Source of the DNA: a virus
Taxonomy: Duplodnaviria; Caudoviricetes
IMG/VR virus record: IMGVR_UViG_3300037423_001455
Coordinates: 1-46,090 of that record
Direction: 5' to 3' (one strand)
Length of the DNA stretch: 46,090 nt
In this document: positions 35,977 to 45,185 of the stretch, in pieces
How the letters are laid out: every line of letters begins with the position of its first letter
Position numbering within the stretch: position 1 is the first letter of the stretch
The notes under the pieces: model-generated
What the model was told of the DNA's origin: nothing
The model's input: only the letters and a program-made list of their open reading frames with translations
The model's database searches: none
Position numbers and translations under genes: made by a program

Positions 35977-38777
35977 CGCGTATCCGCCTGCACGCTCACC
36001 CCTTCGAGGCCGAAGGGCCGCGCATCTTCGACGCGCCCAGCATCGGCGAGTGGCTGCTGCGCCACTACGGGGCACGGCCCGGCCGCGAGGTGCATGTCTA
36101 CGCGGGCGAGCCCTCTCGGGAAACGGACCTGACCGGCAACGTGGCGGCGCTCTTGCGCAACGATGCGCCCCTGTACGTTGTACTGGAGGCGCCGGGGTTC
36201 GAGCCGGTGAGCTGGTCGGCGATCCTGGTGAACCTCGCGATCACTACGGCAGCGAGCCTGGTGCTGAACCTCCTGCTCGCCAAGGATCCGAAGCCGCTGG
36301 ACAACCGCAGGCAGGAGAGCCCGAACAATGCGTTGTCGGCGCGTGAGAACCGGCTGCGGGCGCTGGAGCGGGTGGAGGACATCTTCGGCACCGTGCGATC
36401 CATCCCGTCGCTCATGATGGCCAGCTACACGAAGTACATCGCGAATCGGCAGGTGGAATACGCTCTGCTGTGCATCACGCGCGGCTACGCGCAGGTCAGC
36501 GACATCCGCGAGGGCGACACGCCGCTGGATGAGATCAGCGGGGCCAGCGCCCGCGTGTACTGGCCGTTCACCTCGCCCAACTCAGGCTCGGCGGTGCTCT
36601 CCATCGGAGACCCGATCATCGATCCGGTGCTGAATGTGAAGCGTGGCTTCGGCGTCGACGGCGTGGTGCTCAAGCCGTTGAATCAGATCCAGCTGCCAGA
36701 CCCGTCGAACCTCTCGTATGGGGTGAGCTTCGGCTACGACACGTTGACGCAGGCAGGCTGGGCCGGCGGCCCGAAGCCGAACTTCCTGGCCATCGCTGCC
36801 GTGGGGCAGACACTGACGATCAGCGGGACGAATCAGGTCGTGACGTTCCAGGACGAGAGCGGGGTGGAGGGCACGCCAGTGACCACGATCACTGCGGTCG
36901 CCTCCACGAAGACCTATACCAGCACGACGGCGGGGTTCTTCCGCAGCATCGTCAACGGGACGCCGATCACATTCGTGGGGTTCGGGGACCCGCTCAACAC
37001 GGCGACGAAGACGGTGGCCTCGCACACGGACAACAGCGTTACCGTGGTGGAGGCGGTGGCGGATGAATCAGGGAGCGTGATGTCTGTCACTGCAACGATC
37101 GGCATCAACGGAACCAGGACCATCGTGGAGGTGGGCGATGGGTTCGTGCGGCTGCAGGGCCCGATCCAGTTCCCGGCGGGCCCGGTGGCGGCCAGCTTCA
37201 CTGTGGTTGTGAACAACGGGCAGACGGAGTGGACGAACTGGACGGTGCTGCCGCAGGTGGACCGCACGGAGGTGTGGACGAACGTGGTGGCCCTGTCGGG
37301 CATGTATAAGGACGACGGTTCCAAGAGCACGGCCTCCGTGTCCTACGAGATCCAGATCGAGAAGCTGGACCCTGTGACCCTGGCGCCGACAGGCGTGGTG
37401 GAGACCGTGACGGGTAACGTGTCTGGCGCGGCCAGCGCGGAGCAGGCCGAGACCCTGGAGCACGTGACGGCCTGGGTCGGGCCGGCGCGGGTGCGCGCGC
37501 GCAGGACCACGCCCTACGACTACGACTTCCAGGGCGCGGTGGTGGACGAGATCACGTGGACCGATGTCTATGCGGTGGCTCCTGTCACGAAGCTGCACTT
37601 CGGCAACAAGACCATCATTCACACGGTCACGCACGCGACCATCGCGGCCGCGGCGGTGCGCAACCGCCAGCTGAACTGCCTCGCGTCCAGGCTGCTACCG
37701 ACCTACGACGGTGCGGCGTGGTCAGGAGCCTTCGACGCGACGGGCCTGCACACGACCGGGACCATCCACGCGACGAGCAGGATCATCGACATCCTGGCGG
37801 CTGTCACCCAGGACCCGCAGATCGGCGGGCGGCCGCTGACGGACCTGGATGTCGCGCAAGTTTGGTCCGTACAGCAGGCGCTGGACGCCTGGAACACCGA
37901 ATGCGGCCAGTTCAACTACACGTTCGACAGCGACCAGCTCTCCTACGAGGAGACGGTCAACGCGATCGCCGATGCGGCCTTCTGCCGCGGCTATCGGCAG
38001 AACGGAATGATCCGGCTGGCGCTGGACCGACCCCAGCCAGCAGGCGTTGCGCTCTTTTCCCACCGCAGCAAGCAGCCCGGGGCCGAGCAGATCACTCGTA
38101 CCTTCGCCAACGACAGCGAGTACGACGGTGTGGAGCTGGTCTACGTCGACCCCGAGACGGATAACCACGAAACGATCCGCCTGCCGGTGGACGGCAGCTT
38201 CACGAAGCTCAAGAGGGTCGAGGTCACTGGCATTCGCAGCTACGAGCAGGCGTGGCTGCGTGCTAACCGCGAGTACCAGCGTCTGCGCTACCAGCGCCTC
38301 GCGCTGGAGACCGTGGTGACAACGGAGGCCAGGGCTCTGCTGCCGAATAGCCGCATCGAGAACGTCGACAACACGAAGTTCAAGAGCTACGACGGAGAGG
38401 TGCTCGCACAGATCGGCCTGGAGCTGACCTTGAGCCGCGAGGTGGAATTCGTGCCGGCCACCGCGCACAGCATCGTCCTGAAGCACCGCAACGGCAGCAT
38501 CGAGGCGGTTACCGTCACCGCGGGCAGCGCCTCCAATCGAGTGGTGCTCGCAGCGCCGCCCGCCGAGGCCATCGTGACCGAAGCCGACCCGGATGTCGGC
38601 GTGCGAACGGAGTTCAGCTTCGCCGCGGACACGGCGCGCGGTGTGCAAGCATGGCTCGTGCAGGAGATAGAGCCTCCTGATGCCGGCTACATGCGCATCC
38701 GAGCCATCAACTATGCCCCCGAGTACTACGCCGCCGACTCTCTCGCGATCCCCGCGAAGGCCACGGTGATCTTCTGA
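35973..38777 (+). CDS. Tail tip/central fibre (gpJ-like)
   Basis: SPNNALSAREN, DIFGTVRSIPSL, AINYAPEYY; 934 aa. Confidence 0.85.
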   Translation: MTRIRLHAHPFEAEGPRIFDAPSIGEWLLRHYGARPGREVHVYAGEPSRETDLTGNVAALLRNDAPLYVVLEAPGFEPVSWSAILVNLAITTAASLVLNLLLAKDPKPLDNRRQESPNNALSARENRLRALERVEDIFGTVRSIPSLMMASYTKYIANRQVEYALLCITRGYAQVSDIREGDTPLDEISGASARVYWPFTSPNSGSAVLSIGDPIIDPVLNVKRGFGVDGVVLKPLNQIQLPDPSNLSYGVSFGYDTLTQAGWAGGPKPNFLAIAAVGQTLTISGTNQVVTFQDESGVEGTPVTTITAVASTKTYTSTTAGFFRSIVNGTPITFVGFGDPLNTATKTVASHTDNSVTVVEAVADESGSVMSVTATIGINGTRTIVEVGDGFVRLQGPIQFPAGPVAASFTVVVNNGQTEWTNWTVLPQVDRTEVWTNVVALSGMYKDDGSKSTASVSYEIQIEKLDPVTLAPTGVVETVTGNVSGAASAEQAETLEHVTAWVGPARVRARRTTPYDYDFQGAVVDEITWTDVYAVAPVTKLHFGNKTIIHTVTHATIAAAAVRNRQLNCLASRLLPTYDGAAWSGAFDATGLHTTGTIHATSRIIDILAAVTQDPQIGGRPLTDLDVAQVWSVQQALDAWNTECGQFNYTFDSDQLSYEETVNAIADAAFCRGYRQNGMIRLALDRPQPAGVALFSHRSKQPGAEQITRTFANDSEYDGVELVYVDPETDNHETIRLPVDGSFTKLKRVEVTGIRSYEQAWLRANREYQRLRYQRLALETVVTTEARALLPNSRIENVDNTKFKSYDGEVLAQIGLELTLSREVEFVPATAHSIVLKHRNGSIEAVTVTAGSASNRVVLAAPPAEAIVTEADPDVGVRTEFSFAADTARGVQAWLVQEIEPPDAGYMRIRAINYAPEYYAADSLAIPAKATVIF

Positions 38778-38793
38778 CGAACAAGGAGAAGCG

Positions 38794-40764
38794 ATGCCAG
38801 TCCCGACCGTCAACGACTTCAACAATGCAGCCGTCGACCTCCAGACCATCGGCGAGTTCGCAACGTCGCCGGAGCCAACGCTGCTGGACCGTTTGGGACA
38901 AGAGCGCAACACCCTGGAAGGTGTGCGGCAGCAGGCGGCGGACACGGTGGCAGGCGAGATTACTGGCGTGACAGCTGCCCGGCTAGCCGCAGAGACCGCG
39001 AAGGCGGGCGCGGAGGCGGCGCGGGATCAGGCGAGCCTGGCGACGGCGACGATCGGTGGGGTGTACCCCAACGGCGCTGCGACGAATATTCCGAAGGGCA
39101 TTCCGCAGAGCGGGGTCGGCGCTATCACACCCGGCGCGGGCGGCACGAATGGCACCTTCGCCCTGGCGTGGCAGGCGGGGACAGGAAACTTCGAAATCAA
39201 CCCGAGCGGGACCTTCACCGTCGCGGGCGGCGTGCTGACCAACGTGACCATGACGGGGCCTGGCCGCTACATCGGCGCGCCGGCGGCGGTGGCGCCGACC
39301 CCGAGCTTCGCGGCGTCAGCGGGGCTTGCGGGTGCGGCGGTGGTGCTGACTCCGCAGCTCCTGGTGGGCGCGGGCCAGGGCTACTGGGTGTCGAGCGCGG
39401 ACGGCCTGCGGCTGGACCGCTACAAGAACGTCGGCGGGGTGGCGACCAGTGACACGGCCAACGTCGCGTCAATCCCCACAAGCACCGCGGTCGATGACAC
39501 GTACCACGAACGGTTTTTCTCTGCGCAGTCCCGCTACCTTTCCGAGCGGAGGCTGCACAACAAGGACGTCAGCAGGCGGAAGGCGCTCGTCGCGATGTAT
39601 CTCGGGCAGTCCAACGGCACTGGCGGCGTGAATGCGCAGAGCCTGAGCGGGTCGCCTTCGGCCAATGCGTACATGCCATTCGCCGGCCCGTACCTGGGTT
39701 ACTACAGCTTCTACTCTGCCAATATTGAGTACCCGATGAACTTCACGGACATCGCATCTGCGGTCCCCTACGTGGAGGCAGCGGCGAGCGAGGGTCCGTG
39801 CGGTGGCCTGGTGGCTGCGCTGGATGGAATATTCCCCCGTATCTATTGCGCGTCTGCGGCCATTGGTGGGCAGTCCCTCCTGAAGCTGATGGGAAGCGGC
39901 CTGCGGTGCAACCTCTACGCGATGCTGCACAAGCTCTGCGACTATGCGCGCGCGGCGGGCTATGAGCCCGTGGTGGTTGGCGCGACGGTCCACGGCGAGG
40001 CGAACATGGGCGGCTTCGGGGACATGACCGAGGACGCGTACTACACCTACGCGCCGGAGTATTACCGGGACTTCCAGAAGGCGGCGGCGCAGGCGATGAA
40101 TCGGCCCGAGTGGCGCGCGCCGATTGTCTTCCACAATCCCGCGCAGAACGGGACGGCCGCCTGCTGGAAGATCCACCGAGCCATCGTGCGGGCCGCCGCG
40201 GAGGTCGAGAACGCGATTCTCAGCAGCCCGATCAACCAGTGGCAAGTGAACGGCGATGGCGTTCACAACAGCGCCCTCGGCTACCGCGAGCGCGGCGAGT
40301 GGGACGGCTATCTGCTGCGCCGTTTCTTGCAGGACGGGGTGAGGAAGGCGTCGCCGAAGCTGGTGCAGGCGGTGCGCAACGGCGTGAACGTGACGATGAC
40401 CTTCGACCAGGAGGTGACGCTGCGCACGCAGGGCGGCGCGTTCAACTTGGGCTCAGGGCTCAATGTGGGCGTGGCACAGAACGGCGTCGAGTTCGTGGAC
40501 AACGGGGCCATGATTGCGATCAATGCGGGCTCCATGGTGTTCAACGGGCGGATCGTGACGTTCTCCCTGGCCAGCGCGCCTGTCGGCGCGGCGGGGACGC
40601 AGGAGGTGCGTATCGGCATGCAGGCGGGCACCCAGTCAGGCTGGCCGAACAACATTTCAGGTTCTCCCATCGCCGCGGCCAACGACGCTGGGGAGCCTTC
40701 CATCTACGACCCGACGAAGCGGTCCTATCACTACGTCGCCCCGTTCTCCGTCACAGTGAGGTGA
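38794..40764 (+). CDS. Tail spike with SGNH (SASA/CE6-type) acetylesterase domain
   Basis: N-terminal virion anchor (DRLGQERNTLEG); GQSN, GGQS, HGEAN and DGVH blocks. Confidence 0.8.
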   Translation: MPVPTVNDFNNAAVDLQTIGEFATSPEPTLLDRLGQERNTLEGVRQQAADTVAGEITGVTAARLAAETAKAGAEAARDQASLATATIGGVYPNGAATNIPKGIPQSGVGAITPGAGGTNGTFALAWQAGTGNFEINPSGTFTVAGGVLTNVTMTGPGRYIGAPAAVAPTPSFAASAGLAGAAVVLTPQLLVGAGQGYWVSSADGLRLDRYKNVGGVATSDTANVASIPTSTAVDDTYHERFFSAQSRYLSERRLHNKDVSRRKALVAMYLGQSNGTGGVNAQSLSGSPSANAYMPFAGPYLGYYSFYSANIEYPMNFTDIASAVPYVEAAASEGPCGGLVAALDGIFPRIYCASAAIGGQSLLKLMGSGLRCNLYAMLHKLCDYARAAGYEPVVVGATVHGEANMGGFGDMTEDAYYTYAPEYYRDFQKAAAQAMNRPEWRAPIVFHNPAQNGTAACWKIHRAIVRAAAEVENAILSSPINQWQVNGDGVHNSALGYRERGEWDGYLLRRFLQDGVRKASPKLVQAVRNGVNVTMTFDQEVTLRTQGGAFNLGSGLNVGVAQNGVEFVDNGAMIAINAGSMVFNGRIVTFSLASAPVGAAGTQEVRIGMQAGTQSGWPNNISGSPIAAANDAGEPSIYDPTKRSYHYVAPFSVTVR

Positions 40765-40768
40765 GGCG

Positions 40769-40933
40769 ATGCCGCGAGTCGCCATTCTTCTTACCCTGGG
40801 TACATCGAACAACGTGGCATGGCAGCCGCGAGGTCGTCGCCTTTCGCTCGCCCTATGGGAGCGCGACGAAGTTCCCTCGCTGCGCACCGCCACTGCTTGC
40901 GCCGTCGCCCTCCTGCTGAAAGGCTCCCTATGA
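40769..40933 (+). CDS. 54-aa hypothetical protein (not in ORF track)
   Basis: GAGG RBS; MPRVAILLTLGTSNN...; ATGA overlap with next gene. Confidence 0.45.
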   Translation: MPRVAILLTLGTSNNVAWQPRGRRLSLALWERDEVPSLRTATACAVALLLKGSL

Positions 40934-41733
40934 AGTTCGCCTTCAACGTGCCCGGCTACGTGATGGGGCACCGCTTCTCATCCGATAAGCGCTACTTCGA
41001 TACGAGCGGCGCGACGCCGCGCTTTCTGGACCTCGCTGGCTATGGGGACCTGGACCAGCACTGCGAGCAGACCTCTGGGGTCGCGCGGTTCTCCCTTCAT
41101 GGGCCGAACAACCGCGAGGGTCTGCTGCTGGATAACAGCAATCAATGGCAGGTGGCATGCCCCGCGCCCTGGGAGGGGTGCGTGGTGGCTGTCATCAAGC
41201 CGCACATGCCGACGCTGAACAAAACGCTGCGCTTCTGGTACGTCGGGAACAACCTCACGCTGGGCCAGAACACTGGCATCGGCGCGGCGAGCACCGGCGT
41301 GGCGGGAGTGGTGAACATCGCCGGCAGCACGCAGGCGATCAGCGCGATCTGGCCGAACTGCGCGATCACAAGCGACCAGCTCGCGGTGGTGGCGTGGTCC
41401 TCGGACCAAGAGACGCGACAGCTTTACATCACGAAAGACGCGGTCAACATCCTGACCAGTGCGGCGGTAGCGGCGAGCAACCATGGGCGAGCGCTGGCCC
41501 TGGGCGCTGCGGCCTATGCGGGCGCTGTGGGCCTACTCGGGGACCCCAAGATAAAGATGGAGCGCCTGGGGAACAACATCGCCAGCGGCTCGCAAACGGA
41601 CTTCACCGCGGATGCGGTGGACTACCTGCACATCTTCGAACGGCATTGGTTCAGGGGCAACCCGCTGCGGAACAACCTGCCCGAGATGAAGGAGGTTTTC
41701 GACGGCCTGAAGGCGTACTACGGGATCCCGTGA
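40930..41733 (+). CDS. Beta-rich tail-associated hypothetical protein
   Basis: 267 aa following the spike; C-terminal LKAYYGI. Confidence 0.65.
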   Translation: MKFAFNVPGYVMGHRFSSDKRYFDTSGATPRFLDLAGYGDLDQHCEQTSGVARFSLHGPNNREGLLLDNSNQWQVACPAPWEGCVVAVIKPHMPTLNKTLRFWYVGNNLTLGQNTGIGAASTGVAGVVNIAGSTQAISAIWPNCAITSDQLAVVAWSSDQETRQLYITKDAVNILTSAAVAASNHGRALALGAAAYAGAVGLLGDPKIKMERLGNNIASGSQTDFTADAVDYLHIFERHWFRGNPLRNNLPEMKEVFDGLKAYYGIP

Positions 41734-42209
41734 TGGACAAGCAGCAGTTCCCGCCTGACGCGCCGGCATGCGACTGGGAGCAGTTCTGTCGCGAGCTGCC
41801 CGGCATGCTGGACCAGCTGCACGCCCTTGCCGAGGCGCAGCAGCGCCTGGAAGGGCGGCTGGCCGCGATGGACCGGCGCGACGAGAGCATGGCCACGATC
41901 ATGGCGGCCTTGCACCAGAACCAGCTCGCGCTGCACGGCCAGCTCTCGACGCATTCGCGGCAGCTGCGCCACCTGGTGGACGGCATGGACTCGCTGGGGA
42001 TGACGCCGTCCGGTTTCGTCGGCCTGGCGCGCGACGTGCGCGGCTCGTTCGGCCTGACACGCCGGTTCGTCAAGTGGGTGCTGCTGCCGCTGGGCGCTGC
42101 TGCCGGCGCTGTCGCGGCGCTGTGGGGTCTCTTCCACCTCTCGGCCGGCAAGGCGGCCGAGCCCACGCCGCCGGTGATCGCGGAGCCCGCGCCGCGAGGC
42201 GACGAGTGA
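41733..42209 (+). CDS. Coiled-coil protein with C-terminal TM
   Basis: Heptad region then WVLLPLGAAAGAVAALWGLF. Confidence 0.7.
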   Translation: MDKQQFPPDAPACDWEQFCRELPGMLDQLHALAEAQQRLEGRLAAMDRRDESMATIMAALHQNQLALHGQLSTHSRQLRHLVDGMDSLGMTPSGFVGLARDVRGSFGLTRRFVKWVLLPLGAAAGAVAALWGLFHLSAGKAAEPTPPVIAEPAPRGDE

Positions 42210-42763
42210 CCATTCCAGTGTGGGACGAGCTTCTCACCAAGGCCAATGCCGCATGGCTGGTTCTGTCCGGCATCGGTGTCGCCGCGGTCAACCACATCAT
42301 CAAGCTGCGGCGCCAGCTTTCCGAACTCTCCACCAAGCTCGCGAAAGATCGCGCCAATGAGAAGGTGCTGGCGGTGGAGACGACCCTTCAGACCGGCTGG
42401 CTGCAGGGGATTCTCACAGACCGAGAAAACCTGCAGGCCGAGGTGCGCAAGTTAGAGGACCGCATTGAGTCGTTCCGCGAGTCGGAGTTGAACAGCGCAC
42501 GGATCATCGAACGCCGCGACGCCGAACTCGTGGCATGCCGCGAAAAGATCACCGAGGCGAAGACGGAACGTGACCTCGCCTTGGAAGAAATGCTCAAGAC
42601 CAAGGAAATGCTGGCCGCGGTGCGGGAGCACGTCATCGTGGTGGACGGGCAAATGCTGAATCTGCGTGTCGCTAACGCCCGCCTCTTCGCCGCGTTGCCC
42701 GATGAGGCGCGTCAACAAATGATCGACCTCCTGCTGAAACCTGAAGAGGCTGCCAAGAAATGA
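42206..42763 (+). CDS. N-terminal TM plus long coiled-coil protein
   Basis: AAWLVLSGIGVAAV then ~140 aa of coiled coil. Confidence 0.7.
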   Translation: MTIPVWDELLTKANAAWLVLSGIGVAAVNHIIKLRRQLSELSTKLAKDRANEKVLAVETTLQTGWLQGILTDRENLQAEVRKLEDRIESFRESELNSARIIERRDAELVACREKITEAKTERDLALEEMLKTKEMLAAVREHVIVVDGQMLNLRVANARLFAALPDEARQQMIDLLLKPEEAAKK

Positions 42764-43296
42764 GCGCCATCCCAGCCCTGACCCTGGCCGAAGTCACCGA
42801 GCGCGCGATCGACCCGGCGCTGCGCCTGCTGCCGGCCAGGATGGACACGCCGCCGGCGCGCGTGCTGCTGCTGGCCATCGGGCTGCAGGAAAGCGGTTTC
42901 CGCGACCGCCGGCAGCTGATCGTGGTCGACGGCAAGCTCAAGCCGCTGGGCCCGGCCAAGTCGTTCTGGGGTGCCGAGAAGCCCGGCGGCATGGTCAAGG
43001 GCGTTCGCACCCACCCGGCGACGAAGGACCTCGCGTTGGCCTTGTATCGGGCGCGCGGTGTGCGCCGGCTCGATTCGGCGATCTGGAATGCCATCGAGCA
43101 CGACGACGTGCTGGCCGCGGGCCTCGCGCGCCTGTTGATCTACACGGACCCGTACAAGCTGCCGGCTCTGGGCCGCTCGCAGGACGCCTGGGAGCTGTAC
43201 GCCGTGAGGCTGTGGAGGCCGGGCCGCCCGCGGCGCCAGGACTGGGACGGCAACTACACGCGCGCGCTGGAATTCGTGACCGGGCAGCAGTGGTGA
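42760..43296 (+). CDS. Endolysin, lysozyme/transglycosylase-like
   Basis: LAIGLQESG (catalytic Glu), GPAKSFW, DDVLAAGLARL, WRPGRP. Confidence 0.8.
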   Translation: MSAIPALTLAEVTERAIDPALRLLPARMDTPPARVLLLAIGLQESGFRDRRQLIVVDGKLKPLGPAKSFWGAEKPGGMVKGVRTHPATKDLALALYRARGVRRLDSAIWNAIEHDDVLAAGLARLLIYTDPYKLPALGRSQDAWELYAVRLWRPGRPRRQDWDGNYTRALEFVTGQQW

Positions 43297-43299
43297 GCC

Positions 43300-43521
43300 G
43301 TGGAAGAGAAGCGCTGCATGTGCTGCGGCCAAGCCGGTCACGACAGTAACTCGTGCACGAACAAGGACTGGACGCGCGCCAGCCAAGGAGAGACCGATGA
43401 ACCTAGTACCGAATCCGGGCCGGGTGCTGGCCCGAGCCAGCAGCCTGTGGGCGGTGTACGGCGGCCTGGTGATCCTGCTGGTGGACAAGGCGCCGGAGTG
43501 GCTCAAGGGGCCCGGCGCTGA
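43300..43521 (+). CDS. CCHC zinc-knuckle microprotein
   Basis: CMCCGQAGHDSNSC = C-x2-C-x4-H-x4-C; 3' part overlaps the holin. Confidence 0.5.
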   Translation: MEEKRCMCCGQAGHDSNSCTNKDWTRASQGETDEPSTESGPGAGPSQQPVGGVRRPGDPAGGQGAGVAQGARR

Positions 43522-43654
43522 GAAGCTGATCTCGCCCGAGTGGCGGGACGTTCTGATCGGGCTTTGCCTAGCGCTGGCGCCCATCCTGCGAATCATCCAG
43601 CAGCGATCGCTGCACGAGCCGACCCTGCCGGCCGGCCCGGTCCTGAAGGAGTGA
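43397..43654 (+). CDS. Holin-like 2-TM protein
   Basis: AAGGAG RBS; two TMs; RIIQQ C-terminal motif. Confidence 0.72.
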   Translation: MNLVPNPGRVLARASSLWAVYGGLVILLVDKAPEWLKGPGAEKLISPEWRDVLIGLCLALAPILRIIQQRSLHEPTLPAGPVLKE

Positions 43655-43659
43655 CCTCG

Positions 43660-44523
43660 ATGTCCGAAGACTTCACCCTCAAGGTGCACCGCTTCGATCC
43701 TCGCGATCGCCGCCTGGGCCGGCATGTCGTGCACGACTCGCGCTCGCTGCGCTACCGGGCGCCGGCGCGCGATCCGGCGCAGCTCGCCTCGGTGCGGCAC
43801 CGGATCAACATCCCGATCCTCGACCAAGGCGCGCTCGGCAGCTGCACCGGGCACGCCGGCACCGCGGCGATCGCCTCGGATCCATTCTGGCGCGCCGCCG
43901 AGCCGCCGCTCACCGCCGCGGGCGATCCACACCTGTACGCGGTCGGGCTCTACAGCGCGGCGACGAAGTTTGATCCCTGGCCGGGCGAGTACGAGCCCGA
44001 GGACACAGGCTCGGACGGCCTCTCGATCGCGAAGGTGCTGCACGCACGCGGGCTGATCTCGGGCTACATGCACGCGACCTCCCTCGCCGCGGCGCTGACG
44101 GCGCTCGCCGAGCGCGTCGTCATGGTCGGCTCGAGTTGGCTGAACGGCATGTTCGAGCCTGGCAGTGACGGGCACCTGAGAGTGGCCGGCCCGAGCGCCG
44201 GTGGCCACGAGTACGCGCTCGACGAGCTCGATGTCGAGCGGCAGCGGGTGTGGATCCGCAACAGCTGGGGGGAGGCATGGGGCGTCGCCGGGCGCGCGTG
44301 GGTGTCCTGGCAGGAGCTCGGGCAGCTGCTGGCCGACGACGGCGATTGCACGGTGCTCGTCCCAGCCTCGCAGCCCGCGCCGCAGCCGCAGCCCGAGCCG
44401 GCGCCCTCGATCCGTCCGGAGGAGCGGGCGCTCGTCGAGGCACTGCGCCGCCTGACCGACAACCGATCCTGCCCGCGCTACATGCGGCAACCCGCCGCCG
44501 ACTGGCTCAAGACAAAGGAGTAG
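43660..44523 (+). CDS. Papain-like C1 cysteine peptidase
   Basis: DQGALGSC (Gln/Cys), GGHEY (His), IRNSWG (Asn). Confidence 0.9.
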   Translation: MSEDFTLKVHRFDPRDRRLGRHVVHDSRSLRYRAPARDPAQLASVRHRINIPILDQGALGSCTGHAGTAAIASDPFWRAAEPPLTAAGDPHLYAVGLYSAATKFDPWPGEYEPEDTGSDGLSIAKVLHARGLISGYMHATSLAAALTALAERVVMVGSSWLNGMFEPGSDGHLRVAGPSAGGHEYALDELDVERQRVWIRNSWGEAWGVAGRAWVSWQELGQLLADDGDCTVLVPASQPAPQPQPEPAPSIRPEERALVEALRRLTDNRSCPRYMRQPAADWLKTKE

Positions 44524-44526
44524 CCC

Positions 44527-44898
44527 ATGCGCCGATCCCTGACCATCCTCACGCTCGCGGCGGCCCTGGCGGCCGGCTGTGCCAGCACGAGCAGCACCAC
44601 GCCCGCACAGGTCGTGTTCGCCACGAAGGGGGCCTACGCCACGGCGCTGACCGCCGCGGTCGCCTACGAGTCCCTGCGCCGCTGCGCGCCGGCCGTGCCC
44701 AAGCCGTGCTCCGACCCGGACCTGGTCGCCCAGATCCGCAAGGCCGACAACGTCGCCGCCGCGGCTCTGGAGGCCGCCGAGGCCGCCGTGCGCACGCCCG
44801 CCATCGGCACCACCGCACGCGACCGCGCCATCCAGGCCGCGCAGGCCGCGCTGGCCGCCTTTTCCGCCCTTGTCACCTCGCTGGGAGCACCGTCATGA
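44527..44898 (+). CDS. Lipoprotein
   Basis: Lipobox LAAGC; Ala-rich helices with a Cys pair. Confidence 0.82.
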   Translation: MRRSLTILTLAAALAAGCASTSSTTPAQVVFATKGAYATALTAAVAYESLRRCAPAVPKPCSDPDLVAQIRKADNVAAAALEAAEAAVRTPAIGTTARDRAIQAAQAALAAFSALVTSLGAPS

Positions 44899-45110
44899 AC
44901 GCACTCGCCTACGCCCTGCAGCTGCTGCAGGCTCTGCCGGCCCTGATCCAGGCTGGCCAGGACGCCGCCGACCTGGTCGCTCGCGTGAAGGAAATGCACG
45001 ACCAGGGCCGCGACCCCAGCCCGGGCGAATGGGACGACCTGAACGCGCGCATCGCCACGCTGCGCGGGGACTTGCACGCCGACGACATTACGGGCACCGA
45101 TGCCGGCTGA
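44895..45110 (+). CDS. Small protein coupled to the lipoprotein
   Basis: ATGA overlap; amphipathic N-terminus; GRDPSPGEWDDL. Confidence 0.72.
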   Translation: MNALAYALQLLQALPALIQAGQDAADLVARVKEMHDQGRDPSPGEWDDLNARIATLRGDLHADDITGTDAG

Positions 45111-45156
45111 CCGAGCTTCGTAGAGCAGCCTCCTCCAACGCGGAGGCTATCTCCTT

Positions 45157-45185
45157 ACCCCGGGCGGGAAGGCCCGGGGTTTTTT
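45157..45185 (+). terminator. Late-operon intrinsic terminator
   Basis: ACCCCGGGC-GGGAAG-GCCCGGGGT followed by TTTTT. Confidence 0.88.

Noticed and set aside
35973-41733. Diversity-generating retroelement or invertible tail-fibre cassette
   Set aside because: No reverse transcriptase, invertase, TR/VR pair or flanking inverted repeats seen
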